This document shows, piece by piece, positions 1 to 12,300 of a DNA stretch of 64,000 nucleotides. Position 1 is the first letter of the stretch, and every line of letters starts with the position of its first letter. The translations under genes and the position numbers were made by a program. The notes under the pieces are model-generated. The model was given only the letters and a program-made list of their open reading frames with translations. It did no database searches and was not told the origin of the DNA. Source of the stretch: Azolla caroliniana (Eukaryota; Plantae; Polypodiophyta); the NCBI GenBank assembly GCA_043228905.1, contig JBHGNT010000009.1:3720001-3784000 (forward strand), written 5' to 3'.

Positions 1-1072
1 GAGAGCTACGTAAGCAAAGGCCTCCTCAACGTCATTCATTCGGATGTATGGGGACCGGCTCAAATGCCGAAGATCGGCGGATGCCGATACTATGTCACCT
101 TCATCAACGACTACTTGCGCTACACATGGATCTTCCCGATGAAGAAGAAGAGCGAAGTGCTCTCCTACTTTCAAAAGCTCAAGAGCCAAGTCGAAAAATA
201 AACCGGTCGGCACATTCGATGCCTACGATCGGATGGAGGCAAGGAGTACTTCTCCAATGAATTTATCTCCTACCTCCAAGGTGAAGGCATCCGGAGAGAA
301 TTCTCATGCTGACACACACCCCAACAAAATGGAGTCGTCAAAAGGAAGAATCGGCACATACTCGAGGTAGCACGCACCATGATGCATGAGAAGCACATGC
401 TGAACTTCTATTGGGCCAACGCGGCATCCACAGCCGTCTATCTCATGAATCAATGCACCAATAGTGGAATACTGAGCTAACTCTATACGAGCTCCTTGTC
501 GGAAGGAAGCCGATCCAGTCGCACCTCAAGGTGTTTGAAAGCATTACGAATGTACGCATCCCGAACGAAAACTGACAAAAGCCCGACACGAAGTCAAAGA
601 AATGTATCCTCATAGGATACTCATCTGAGAAGAAGGCATACAAGTGCTATAACCCTTCGACTCAAGCGGTTTGGGTGAGTCGAGACGTAGTCTTCGACGA
701 ATCGGCATCATGGTATGAGCCGATTCGGCTCCACCCGACTTGACCGAAGAAGAGTTGAACGCCAAGCCCTTCACCAAAGGACTATCCAAGCTCTACCGAG
801 CTAAGTGGACCACACAAGCCTTCAAGCCTTCCAAATGCAACTCAACTAGGGGCTAGATCGAGCAAAGGCAAAGGTAAGATGCCCGAATATGAAGTCAACC
901 ACCCCGACAACAGTGATTCGGATGTGTCGGCTCCCTCACTAGATAGTGAGTTTGGTTTACCCACCATGCAGGCACCCGGAGTACAAAAGGCGCTCACATC
1001 GGCGAGCAAAAAACTTCGACGCTAATCTAGAGAGAAGAACCTCGTCGCTCCATTCAGCTACAACGAGTATAT
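1..1072 (+). mobile_element. Ty1/Copia LTR retrotransposon integrase region (degenerate), left part; interrupted by a Gypsy insertion
   Basis: Translates to Copia integrase motifs (HSDVWGP, YYVTFI.DY, LRSDG.KEYFSNEF, TPQQNG, CILIGYS.EKKAYKCYNP). The frame rejoins across the Gypsy TSD as YNEY|MVHHYAF. Confidence 0.85.
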
Positions 1073-1532
1073 TATTAGAGATATGATCTAATGTAAGCGT
1101 ATGATAAGGAGAAGAGAATGATAGATAGATAGATAGAAAGGAGAGAGAGAAAGAAGGGTGTCGATCCACCCAACCACCCCCGAGCGAAGGGATTGAGACA
1201 GACTCGAGCCTCGATTGGCATCCCATACCACCGTTGTGGCATCGAGTCATACATGGTACTAGCGCGCTCGTGTCAACAGTTGAACCAACACGAAACAGAG
1301 TCTCGACGTAGTCAAAAGATGATCAACTGAGGGTAGCTAAGCCTCTTATTTATAGCGATACCCAAGGCCCCCATGCAAGTTCACACTTGGCCTAATGGGT
1401 TGTCTCTATCCCGAGGATTAAAAGTAATCCTCCCCTTTTTTACACTCTCGTTTAACCCTCACACTTATCCATGTGGCTAGAATACTACGGTAAATTCTCA
1501 CCACGGGATATTATATGGCCATGCCCGTAACA
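1073..1532 (-). repeat. 3' LTR of Gypsy element 1
   Basis: Direct repeat of 15268-15606; adjacent PPT reads tactccccctcttt on the plus strand from 1533. Confidence 0.9.
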
Positions 1533-1616
1533 TACTCCCCCTCTTTAAAACATTGCACTCTTGCAATGGAAAGTAAGGGAAGTTAGTTCCAAGAGTATTT
1601 TCGCGTTCCCATGTGG

Positions 1617-1653
1617 AACACCGGGTCATTTGAAACAGGTAATATGTCGTATT
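1617..1653 (+). repeat. Left TIR (AACACCGGGTCATTTGAAACAGGTAATATGTCGTATT)
   Basis: Reverse complement of 9264-9300 at 35/37 positions. Confidence 0.93.
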
Positions 1654-2379
1654 CTCTTTTGGCATAGTTGGCCAGATGTAGAAAAGTACCCTATTTTAGC
1701 CTGATATCGAAAATATACAATGCATGCGTACCCCTTTTGCGACTTGATGGTTAAATATAGAACAAAAAAAACCTAGCAATTACTAAATTGTATATGTGTC
1801 CACATTCGTGTCAATTTGCATATCATGGAGCACAATTGAAGACTTGGTTCAATATAAAGTTCTAAAATTGGTATCCATATTCAAATTGTAGAGTAAAACT
1901 ACATAAACCGTAATTATAAATATGTGGTTTTGGGTTTAGGAATAAAGTAGTACCCCACTTGTTGGACGGGTATATCGATAGTTTCATTGTATAATGTCAT
2001 ATAGTTCATGACAATGTAATTGGTAAGAGTAACAATTACGTACGACATTCATTTATACTATGTGGAACCAGTAGACTTGAACCGTAGGTAACTAAAAGCC
2101 TCTTATTATCAAAAACATTCGCCTTTTCATATACAGTCATGCTAACGGAAATGAGAAATTACGATATCATGTTAATATCTCAAACTGAAGAAGAGCATGG
2201 TGACCAATTATATGTAAATACAAACTACGGTTCCAATAATGATTAAAAAGGGAAATTATGAACAGGTGAATTTAATTAAACGATAAACAATTACAGATGT
2301 TCTCATATACAAATATAATATGAAGTGATGGTGAACATTATGCCTCAAAATCCTCAATTTTTACATTACGCCATCTACA

Positions 2380-5300
2380 TCAATCTATAAGCAAATCAGG
2401 CAGAGCAGGCTCCTCTGGCGCTGATTGTTCTAGACTGTTTTCATTCGTGTCATCTCCAAGCTCTCCCGAATCTGATGTATGGTCAAACTGTGCTACATCT
2501 TCCAGGTCCACCAGCTCCCCTACTTCTTCATCAATTGGTTCCATTGGTTCTCGTGAAGTCATCTGGAACATCTCTGTCTCGTTGATGTGTTTTGCTCCGA
2601 CTTCTTGATCCTGATCTGGACAATCCCAGATTCCTGTGATCCTCATTTTGATGAAGTTAACTTGAGCAGGGTCCTTCTCCAATGCAACACAATTTCTAAA
2701 CATCTTCAATGCACAAGCTGTCGTTGTACCTAATGGTCGCATGAACACAAACAAGTATATATGAGAAGTAACGTCTTAAACTTGATCGACAGTATTGAAA
2801 TTAAATATATATATTATACCTGTGCCAGAGAACAAGTCTAGGACCCAATCATCTGGATTCGAGAAGAGCTCTATGAGGCGGTTGATCAATCTTTGAGGTT
2901 TTTGATAAGGGTTCACCATACTTTTATCCCCTGACACATGTCTTAATTTTTTGGTTACAGCTGGGCACATGATGTAGTTAACCACGTTACGCTCATTGAC
3001 ATGTGCTCTAGCCTTCTTCTTTGTAATTGAATCATAGTAGCCCACACAAAAATGTTCGACCGCACTAACCATTCGATCGCCAGGGCTACGTGTAATATTT
3101 GTTTTGATCCTATAGAGAAAGAAAATCAAGTATTAGAGGTGTAAATGTGTACATATAATAAGAAGTATTGTAATGAGTAAAAGCGAACTATAACGCACCA
3201 ATGCATGTGTTTAGTGGCATGACAACAGGACTTCAAAGCTGTTGTGACTGACAGTGATTGCCCCATGCTATGAAATATGACTATCCTCCACAAGGGGGCC
3301 AATGTCAGTTCTGCGAAATCCTTTACCATTTTCTCGATCTGAGGGTACTTGAAAGGCACATCATCATATGTTGATCCCGCAATACGGAAACCATATGGTA
3401 TGTCAGCTATCAGCAAAGTGTAGTGCCTTCTCGGTAACAGTTCGAGCATCTGGGATACTTCGCCATTGAAAACACTATAATGAAGCTGTTTGAAAGGATC
3501 GGACCTATGCAAAAAACTCTTTACAGTCTCCGAATCCTCGGGCAGTTCCATTTCCTTCCCTTTGGTCATTCTCTTCTCATATTTCGCACGTTCTAAGTGC
3601 ATGATGAAGGCCGCTGGAATACCGTCATTATTGTCGTTGTTCTTTTTCGATTTTGATGGTTTCTGCAAGTGTCATTGTTGTTAGCAGGGAACATTAGTTT
3701 CTAACATATCAACATTCAAAAGACACATACCCATTCTCTAAATACAATAAAATATTCCTCCAATGCCTTGTAGGAAGAAGTTATCGGGCAGGCTTGTTCA
3801 ACTTCTTCCCATGTCGGTAAACTCAGTTTTTGCATCATCAACTCCTGAATCTTCATGTATACCTTGTGACTGCACAATCAATATGAAATTAGAAATAAGA
3901 TATTCAAAATAATTGAAGACTTTCATGAAAAGGTATACTATAAACACTTACTTTTGCAAGTCTGTTACCATCTCGTCCAAACTAAATTCCTTGGCGACCA
4001 CTCGAGATAGCACGGATATTAACAATCTATCATCTTTGATACCTTGTAATGATCTCCAAGGTAAAAGTTTCATGTCCTCTGCTAACTCCTCGATTACCAA
4101 GTCGCTTTTTCCCTTGGTCTTTGATTTCATCTCAACTTGTGGATCAATTCTTCCCTTTTTTTATCTTTGCCCCTTGACTTCTTTCCGCTCCCACATAGAG
4201 AATATTTTGTCTTGGAGATCCCACACCTCTCCGGTCCGAAAAGCTAGTTGAAACCAAGAATCATATTTTCGGAGACCTTCGGATTTGGTACTCTCATCCA
4301 CTGCAATCCCTACTTCCAATAAACACTGGCGTCGCAATCCAGGCCACAATCTTGGACCAAAACGATTCAAGGCATCCAGGTATTCATGATGAAAAAATCT
4401 TATCCTCTCTATACATGACATCTTTTGCCTATAATCGTTGTCATTGTTATGGTCCCATGCGAGCAGCTTCGCCTCCTCGTGAGTTAGTCCTGCGTATACA
4501 TTCGGCGTACTTGAAGAACGGCGTGAGAGGATATTCTTTGACAAGCTGTCGTCGAGCTTCGGCCGAATGTGATCCTCCGATTACATAGTATGTGTAATCG
4601 TCTGCAGAGCTATACTTGAAATCTGCTACTGTTGGGCATTGTTCTTGATCAACCATTACCAAAAATGGCACCACAGTAGCGTGAGGATTGATTTTCATTT
4701 TGCTTTTCAGGTTTTGCACATGGACGGAGTGCGGCTCCCTAATTTCCAAGGGACGTCTTCTAGTCACGGGGTCAATGGGGGGCCTTTGGATAGAAGTAAT
4801 GGGCAAATGAAATAGCTGGCCCCTGCGCACAAGTTTAGTCTTCACAATATTTTCTCTTATTTTATTTTGTTCTTACGTCAGGACACCAGAAGATAGTTGT
4901 CCGCCTGGAGCCACGACGTCGACTTGTTGGTCGTCTTCTTCTTCCACGAACTCTAATATTTCTTCTTCTTCTTCTTCGGGTCGTGGTCGTTTAGTATATT
5001 TCTTTTGAACAGGATTTGTCTTCCTAGACTTTTTCGGTGGAGTTTCTGCTTCACCGGTCATCATCTCTCCTGTCACGTACGGCCGAAGAGCTACCAACAA
5101 GTTATTTTTCGTTTGCAAGTCTTTACGCAAAGCCTTGGGATTGCAAGATTCGGGTACTAGGTTTCCCTCATCAAGTCGCAATCGCTTGTTGCCAACTGAG
5201 CTCGAGACGTCGATTAAAATACATGTAGAATCAATGTCTTCGTACTCTAGCTTGGTTACATGCCCGTAATTAAATGTTTTTCCAAGCTGAAGTTTCCCTT

Positions 5301-6003
5301 CCCCGTCCAATTTTGTCGTTATCAATAACAACACCCCATCCTCCTCGACATAAGAGAGACACCATTCAAGTTCGGGGTAATCCTTATATTTCACCTCAAC
5401 CGTTTTCTCCTCTTGCGTACTACCTTTGTTGATTTTGGTAGTAGCCACAGATGACTTGGATCCTCCTTCCCCCGTTGAGTCAAATAAAATCTTTTTACTC
5501 GTGTCCTTGATGAAGGAGCCAGATTCTCGTTTTGTCGGAGATCGAATCTTCAATCTAAATGAAGGAACTTTTTGTCTGGGTTCACTGAAATTAAAAACGT
5601 TGGTGAAAACATAGAAACAACGTACAATTTTATCTAAATCACGTAAATTATCATTTAAATTACGTCAATTTTATGGTCCCATGCGATAGTTTTTTATCGC
5701 AAAAACAGCATTGTTTTCAACCAAAATCCGATGCAGTGCATCGGATTTGCGTTGAAAGGTAGGACCAAAATCCGATGCAGTGCATCGGATTTCGGTTGAA
5801 AGGTCCTGCCTTCAACCCAAATCCGATGCACTACATCGGATTTCGGTTGAAGGTCCTGCCTTTCAAAATTGCTTTCCAAGTTCGTTGTACAAAATAAAAT
5901 AAAATTTCTATGTGTTGAGGAAAGGAATCTTTAAGGAATCTTTAGGAATCTTAAAAAATGTAAAGAATATTACTAACCTGACGATTTTCTTTCCCTTGTT
6001 CAT
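2380..6003 (-). pseudogene. Six-exon ParB-like domain + beta-class N6A/N4C DNA methyltransferase gene, about 965 codons. Exons: 6003-5978, 5584-3952, 3869-3731, 3662-3199, 3109-2820, 2729-2380
   Basis: All five GT-AG introns preserve the frame. Motif IV-like ADIPYG precedes W-I-K-T-N, PYQKP..LI..LI..FS and motif I VLDLFSGTGTT. ParB-like YYVIGGSHSAEA. In-frame stops at 4873-4875 and 4161-4163 and a frameshift near 4500. Confidence 0.85.
5715..5866. repeat. Three tandem palindromes AAATCCGATGCA-n-TGCATCGGATTT in intron 1 of the MTase gene
   Basis: Cores at 5724-5748, 5768-5792 and 5819-5843 (the third has one arm mismatch); arms extend with TTCAACC/GGTTGAA. Confidence 0.9.
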
Positions 6004-6300
6004 GGTTCGTGCTGGAGGTAGTGCTGTCGACAATGTGCTTTTGAGTGCTCGAAAATTGGCCTGTGCTCTGAGCTCGATGGATTCTTTCACGTGATAATGA
6101 AAATGAAATTTCTAACCTCCTTATATAGAAGACTTTAGCATTCCTTTTAAAATAAAAAATAATTTTTAATTATTTGTTTTTTAGGAAAATTTCGGAAAAT
6201 AATATAGTTAATCTAAGTGTTCGGGTAGTTATAGAGTTAGGCTTTAGCATTCCTTAATTTTCTCAAAAGAAGGTTTTAGAATACAGTTAGACTCCCTCAA
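6004..6300. promoter_or_regulatory. Putative bidirectional promoter between the MTase and transposase genes
   Basis: About 300 bp, mostly AT-rich, between divergent ATGs; TATATAA on the minus strand at 6121-6127. Confidence 0.4.
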
Positions 6301-8973
6301 ATGTCTTCTTCTACAAGTAGAACATCTCTTTTTTCTATTGCCCCCTTTTCATTGTCAGACAACTCGTATTTCTCAATAGAAGAGTACGACCACAAAAAAC
6401 ATTCGCGGCTTAAACAGAAAAGTGTGGCTCCTAGTACTTCGAATTCTCTGTTTTCAATTGATCCTGTCGATGGCTCTCTTCATGCAAGCTTACAAGCGGA
6501 CAATTCTTCATCGATAGATAACAATAGCATTACTAAACCTCTAGCATTTAAAAGAGTTCCTCGACAAGTTAGTGAAAAGAGATTTAATTTCTTATGTTCT
6601 GATCGTCAACTTCTATGCGACTTGAACAAATCGTGTTGTGCGAATCTCTGTCTATCAACTTATGGAAAGTCAAGGTTACGTGAAACACGACAAAAATACT
6701 TGTCGCTTAATGGGGAAGAGCAAGATACATTTCTTCTTACACATATGCAACTTAAATTGGATCACAAAGCAGGGCCTAATTCAACACAAGTTGAATATTT
6801 CCTTGGACTAAATACCAAGTGTTGTCGAGCAGCTTTTAAAATCACTCATAGCATTGGAAATATGCGGCTGCAACGAGTTCAAGAGCGACTTCTAAAGGGC
6901 TCCTATGTACAGTTCGATCAAAATGGTTCTGGATGTAAGGGTCAAATTGGGCAACAGGCAATTAGGTGGATGGAGGTATATTTTTCAAAACAGTGCGAAG
7001 TTATGCCAACGATAGGAAGACTTCATTTGTCAGATAACTTTACTCGAAGGGAAGTTTACCAATCGTACAAGGACGACATGTCTTCCGATGTTGAGCCTTA
7101 CATACAGTACAGGCATTTTAATTGACTATGGAGGTTACAATTTAATAACGTGGTTATCCCACGAAAGGTGCGAATGGGAGTCTGCTCAATATGTGCGAGT
7201 TTAAAAAGTATGGCCAAGGGTGGAAAATCAGATGTAGAGATCAAGAATTACAAGAACCTGTTAAAAGAACATCGTGAAAGTCAGGCATTGGAATGTACTA
7301 AGGCTATGCATCACCGACAAAAAGCGTTTCAATCTCCCGAAAAGTATATGTGCATGATTATTGACGGCATGGATCAAAAGAAAACTTGTTTGCCGCATTT
7401 TCAAAGACTCCCCAAGGATATTGGAGATGAGTGTCTTGTGCAAATGCATCTAGTGGGTTGTTTGACATATTGTCAAACTATAAGACCGCAAGTGTTCTTA
7501 ACTTATCCCAATATCCACAACGACCCTAATCTTACTATCACTGTCATGCACAGGGTATTGCAATCATGGTCAGGTATACTCCCGCCAGTTCTATATGTGC
7601 AACTAGACAACACAACAAGAGAGAATAAGAACTCAACTGTCTTTGGCTATCTAAGCATGCTAGTAGAGAGGGGCATATTTAAAAAGATAAAGGTTAACTT
7701 CTTGTTGGTTGGTCATACCCATGATCACATAGATCAAATGTTCAGTAGGTTCTCAAAGAAACTTGCTCGCTGTAATGCTTTCACACTTCCCATGCTATCC
7801 AAATTGATTAGTGAAGCATATACACCAAAGCCTGAAGTACAACACTTGGAAGAAGTATACGACTTTAAACGTTTCTGCATGGATAGTGACGGGACTAAAG
7901 GTAGGGTGCTTGCACCTCTTAATAATATAAGTTTCAACCATGTCTTCCTCATAAAACAAAGATCGGCCCACCTGAAGATGACGGTGTTGTTTGTGAAACA
8001 ATACTCATCTAGTGCACAATGGGAGCCCCAAGAAGGTTGTAGGCTCCTTCTTCATATCCCAGATGAACCTCTACATGGTGCACAACAAATGCCATATGAT
8101 GATCATAAAAATGTAGCACCAAATAGTACTATTGATGAACAAAGTGCATATTGGTTGAGATGTCTAGCATAGAAACAAAATAATATTGATCGGACTAAGA
8201 AGTATGTCGGTGATGAGGATGTTGAATGGTGGGAGATTTTCTTCACCCATCAACGCACCATTTTAGATAATTACATCGCCGGTTTATGGCCAATCCGTAT
8301 CCCATTCACATGGAACATTGGGATGACATCAACGATATCGCAGACTCATCACCAACAATCGAATAATATGGAGCTTCATGATTTAGTTCGGCCACTGCAA
8401 AGAGATATTTATGTGGGACCAAGAAAGTCACGTACTGTTGAGGCAAGATGGCAAGGTAATTTGCAAGAACTACAAGTGGGAATGTTGGTTGCAACATTAG
8501 CAGGGGACGATACCTTGGGCCATCCATTTTGGATTGCAAAAATTATTGAATTAGTAAGGGATGAAGAAAGTAGTCAAACAAAGTCAATAGTAGTCCACTG
8601 GTATCAGACAAATTCACCTGATGCATTTACAGGAAAGTATTCTTTAGAGATGGTTAAGGATGTCGGATGTTCAAGCAGAAAGAGAAGAAGAAAGAATATA
8701 CCGAGCACGGCTACTCTCGCACTAGACCGTGTTGACATACTAGTATATGACTTCTCATTGACAAAATCAGGTCATCTAAGACAAGCAACTATCAAGATAA
8801 TAAAGGAGAAAATCCCAAACATGGTGTCAAACGAAATACAGAGAATAACCAGAAGCAATTCTCATAACCACAAAGATGTTGGGTTGGAATTGGATGAGGA
8901 TAATGCTTTGATTGCCACTGATGATGAGGATGAGACGTCAGAATGCTCTTCTAGTCCATCAGACATGTCTTAA
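6301..8973 (+). pseudogene. Sola-like (DUF7869-type) DDD transposase, one 890-codon frame with two in-frame stops
   Basis: The ORFs starting at 6301, 7150 and 8323 share one frame, broken by TGA 7123-7125 and TAG 8170-8172. Motifs CSIC, IIDGMDQ, YVQLDN.TRENKN and FLLVGHTHDHIDQMFS. The 4-bp TSD fits Sola. Confidence 0.8.
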
Positions 8974-9263
8974 TATATTGGTTTGGTTCAAGCTAGGGAT
9001 TGTTTTACTACATGATCGGAAACTTTGTAAATTTGTTTTGGATGTAAACTCACGAATATGTATAATTGTAACTGGTAGACATGTTGTACATTATTTTGTA
9101 ATTTTGGTGATGTATTTTTGGAGGCATTTTACTTATGCCTCAAAGTGGTAGTCATGTTGAAATTCAATATATTTTGCCACCTTTTCTGAAAAGCTTTACG
9201 CATGCGTCGTGTCTTTTTGAAAACTGTGTGCTTTTGTGCCCTTTTTCGACGTAGTGTTCTCAT

Positions 9264-9300
9264 AATGCGACATATTACCTGTTTCAAATGACCCAGTGTT
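9264..9300 (-). repeat. Right TIR of the MTase-carrying transposon
   Basis: AATGCGACATATTACCTGTTTCAAATGACCCAGTGTT, followed by the TSD GTGG. Confidence 0.93.
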
Positions 9301-12300
9301 GTGGCATCTTTTATTGATTTATCCATCCATTTTATTTTAAATTCTCGGATTTCTTTAGTACGTAATTTTTTTGTTTTACCATTGAGAATTCTTTCTGGTA
9401 CATGTGGTTTAGAAGATAATTCTTCAGAAGTAACCAGAGTTTCAGTTGTAACTGTATTGTCGCCAGAACCTAGAAGTTCTTTTAGACGACTCACATGAAA
9501 AACTAGATGAATTTCCACACCATCGGGAAGAGCGAGATGATAGGCTAATGACCCAATGCATTTGAGGACTGCAAAAGCTCCACAAAACCATGGGGCTAAC
9601 TTAGCGCACTTACCCTTAGACAATGTCTTAGAATTGTGAGGTACACGTAAAAATACCTTCTGTCCAAGGTTGAATACAGGAGGTTGCCTATGATGATCGG
9701 CATAAAAATACGCTCTATCTTGAGCTGTTTTTATATTATCTCATGCAATATGCAACATATCTTGCATATCCCGAAGAAAGTTTTGCGTACTTCGCAACTC
9801 ATCATGATGTATATTAACATCAATCGGGGCTTGTGGCTGAAAACCATACATCAACATAAAAGGACTATATCCCGTCGATGTATGCTTGGAGTTGTTATAA
9901 GAAAACTCCAAATTTGGGAGATAACGTTCCCATTTTGTTGGTTTTGTACCAACATATGCTCGAAGCATGTCCTCAATAATTTCATTTACTCGTTCTGTCT
10001 GTCATGCTCAATGTAGTTTCTAACTTCTTAAAGACTTGCATCCAGAAGTCACTAGTAAACTTTGGATCTCGATAACTCACGACATCCATCGGTAACCCAT
10101 AAAAACAAAATAACTCGTCAACGAATTGGTAAACCAATTCAGGAGCTGTTACCGTGGTTTTCGTAGCAATAAATCTGACCAATTTAGTTAGTCTGTCAAC
10201 CACAACCCAGATAGCATCATGGCCTTTTTGGGTGCGAGGAAGGCTAACAATAAAATCCATGGATATACTTTCCCACTTATTATTGGGAATGTCCAACGGA
10301 TGTAAAAGTCTTGCGGCTTTAAGTCGATCGGCTTTGTTAACCTAACATTGGTGACATTTTGTCACATAGCTATGTATGTCATGACGCATCTTAGGCCAAT
10401 AAAATTGAGTGGAGATGAGAACGAGTGTACGATGTATTCCAGGGTGCCCCCAAAGGGTGCATCATGGCATTAAAAAAGAATTCTCTTTTTTACCTCAGGC
10501 AAATCTGGAACACAAACCTTCCCATTACGGTAGAGCGGATTGTTAGCAATGTGGAAGTATTCCTTCGAGGATGTGGTGGTGTCTGATCCAGACTCAACTC
10601 TTGCCCAGTATTTCGCAAAATAGTTGTCATCACGATACTTTCCTCGAAGGTGATCATAAAGATGTGATGTTATTTCATTGAAGCTAAGCATGTTAACTTC
10701 ACGGATGCGACTTAGTGCATCAGTGACAGTGTTGATGGAACCTTTACGATATCGTATGGAAAAATCAGATGAGATCAGCCCATCGTGCCTTACAACCTTT
10801 CAGGTCTTGTTGGTCACAAAAATATTTCAAGAACTTCTGGTCCGTAGTTACCACAAAATGATTTCCATAAAGATAATGGCGCCATGTTTTGAGCGCATGT
10901 ATAACTACAAATAACTCCTTTTCTTGAACGGTATACCGAAATTGAGCAGAATCAAGTTTCTTACTCTCTAATGTTATTGGTTTACCATCTTGATATAAGA
11001 CAGCACCTATAGCATAATCGCTTGCATCGGTTTCAACCTCAAAAGGTTTTGAAGGATCGGGTAAAAGAAGTGAAGGAGCCTTGCACACCAGGTCCTTGAG
11101 TTTCTTAAAGGCGAGGTCTAGTGTAGCATTCCAGACAATAGGTTTTGTAGACTTACACATTTGACCTTTTAGAAGATCAGTAAACGGCGTTGTCAATTGG
11201 GAGTAATTACGAAGGGATTTTCGCAAAAACCCAACAAAACCAAGGAATGATTGAACTTCTCGAATATTCCGAAGAGTGGGCCAAAGCTTGATTTTCTCGA
11301 TGCGAGAAGAATCAATTTCAACTCCTCGTTTGGTTATGAGATGTCCAAGCTAATTAATTGATTTCTTGAAGAACTCACATTTTGAGATCTTCGCATAAAA
11401 CTGTTTGTCACGCAATGTTTGTAAAACAAAGCAGACATGTTTAGCATGTTCTTGTAATGTACGGCTATAAACTAAAATATCATCCAAGAAAATAACGACA
11501 AATTTTCCAAGTTGTTCTTGGAAAGTGTCATTCATTTCTTGTTGAAATGTAGCCAGAGCATTGGTCAAACCAAAAGGCATAACCAAAAACTCATAATGGC
11601 CATAGCGCATACAAAATGTCGTTTTAGGAACATCGTCCTCACTTATACGAATTTGATGGTAGCCAGTACGGAGATCAAGTTTCGTAAAATACCGAGCTCC
11701 CTGGAGACGGTCAATTAGATCGTTAGCCCGGGCCAATGGATACGAATTCTTGATCGTCACTTTATTCAAACGTCGGTAATTAATACACATACGCCATGTG
11801 CCCTCTTTCTTTTTAACCAAGAGAACTAGTGCACCCCATGGAGATTTACTATAATGTATATAACCCATTCGTAAATAGTCCTTGAGTTGCTTAAATACCT
11901 CATCCTCTTTGGATCGACTTAAGCGATAAGGAGGTATACTTATTGGTGCAACGCCAAGTACAATATCTATACGATGGTCTATATTATGTTTAGGAGGCAA
12001 CCCATCTGGTAGTTCACTCGGAAAAACATCACGAAAATCATTTAAGATTTCATTAAGTTGTTGTTGTTCAAAATATGTTAATTGAACCAAGACATTATCG
12101 ATATTGTAAACGTGAATGTTCGGATCAAGTACACAATAAAATAGAGTAGAACAAGACAACTCAAATATTGATGGAGAGGAAACAACCGAGAGGAATTGCT
12201 TTTTTACACATTGAATAAAATGAGTACAATCATTCAGTACAAATGTTCTTGAATGATGAACCCAATCAATAGATAAAGAAGAGTTTTTATTATAGAACCA

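Larger units (their letters stand above)
1617..9300. mobile_element. Sola-like TIR DNA transposon carrying a ParB-like/amino-methyltransferase cargo gene
   Basis: 37-bp TIRs with 2 mismatches; 4-bp TSD GTGG at 1613-1616 and 9301-9304; removing it restores the Gypsy chromodomain DATWE; internal transposase plus a divergent MTase gene. Confidence 0.92.

Noticed and set aside
5715-5866. CRISPR array or REP-like elements
   Set aside because: Only three units, intronic, with short related spacers; kept as a palindromic array instead.
2380-6003. Bacterial contamination or a restriction-modification system
   Set aside because: The gene has frame-preserving spliceosomal introns, sits between TIRs nested in plant retroelements, and has no restriction endonuclease partner.
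9129-9300. C-terminal extension of the 9129-9623 ORF
   Set aside because: Chance read-through from the Gypsy chromodomain into the transposon TIR, not a real fusion gene.
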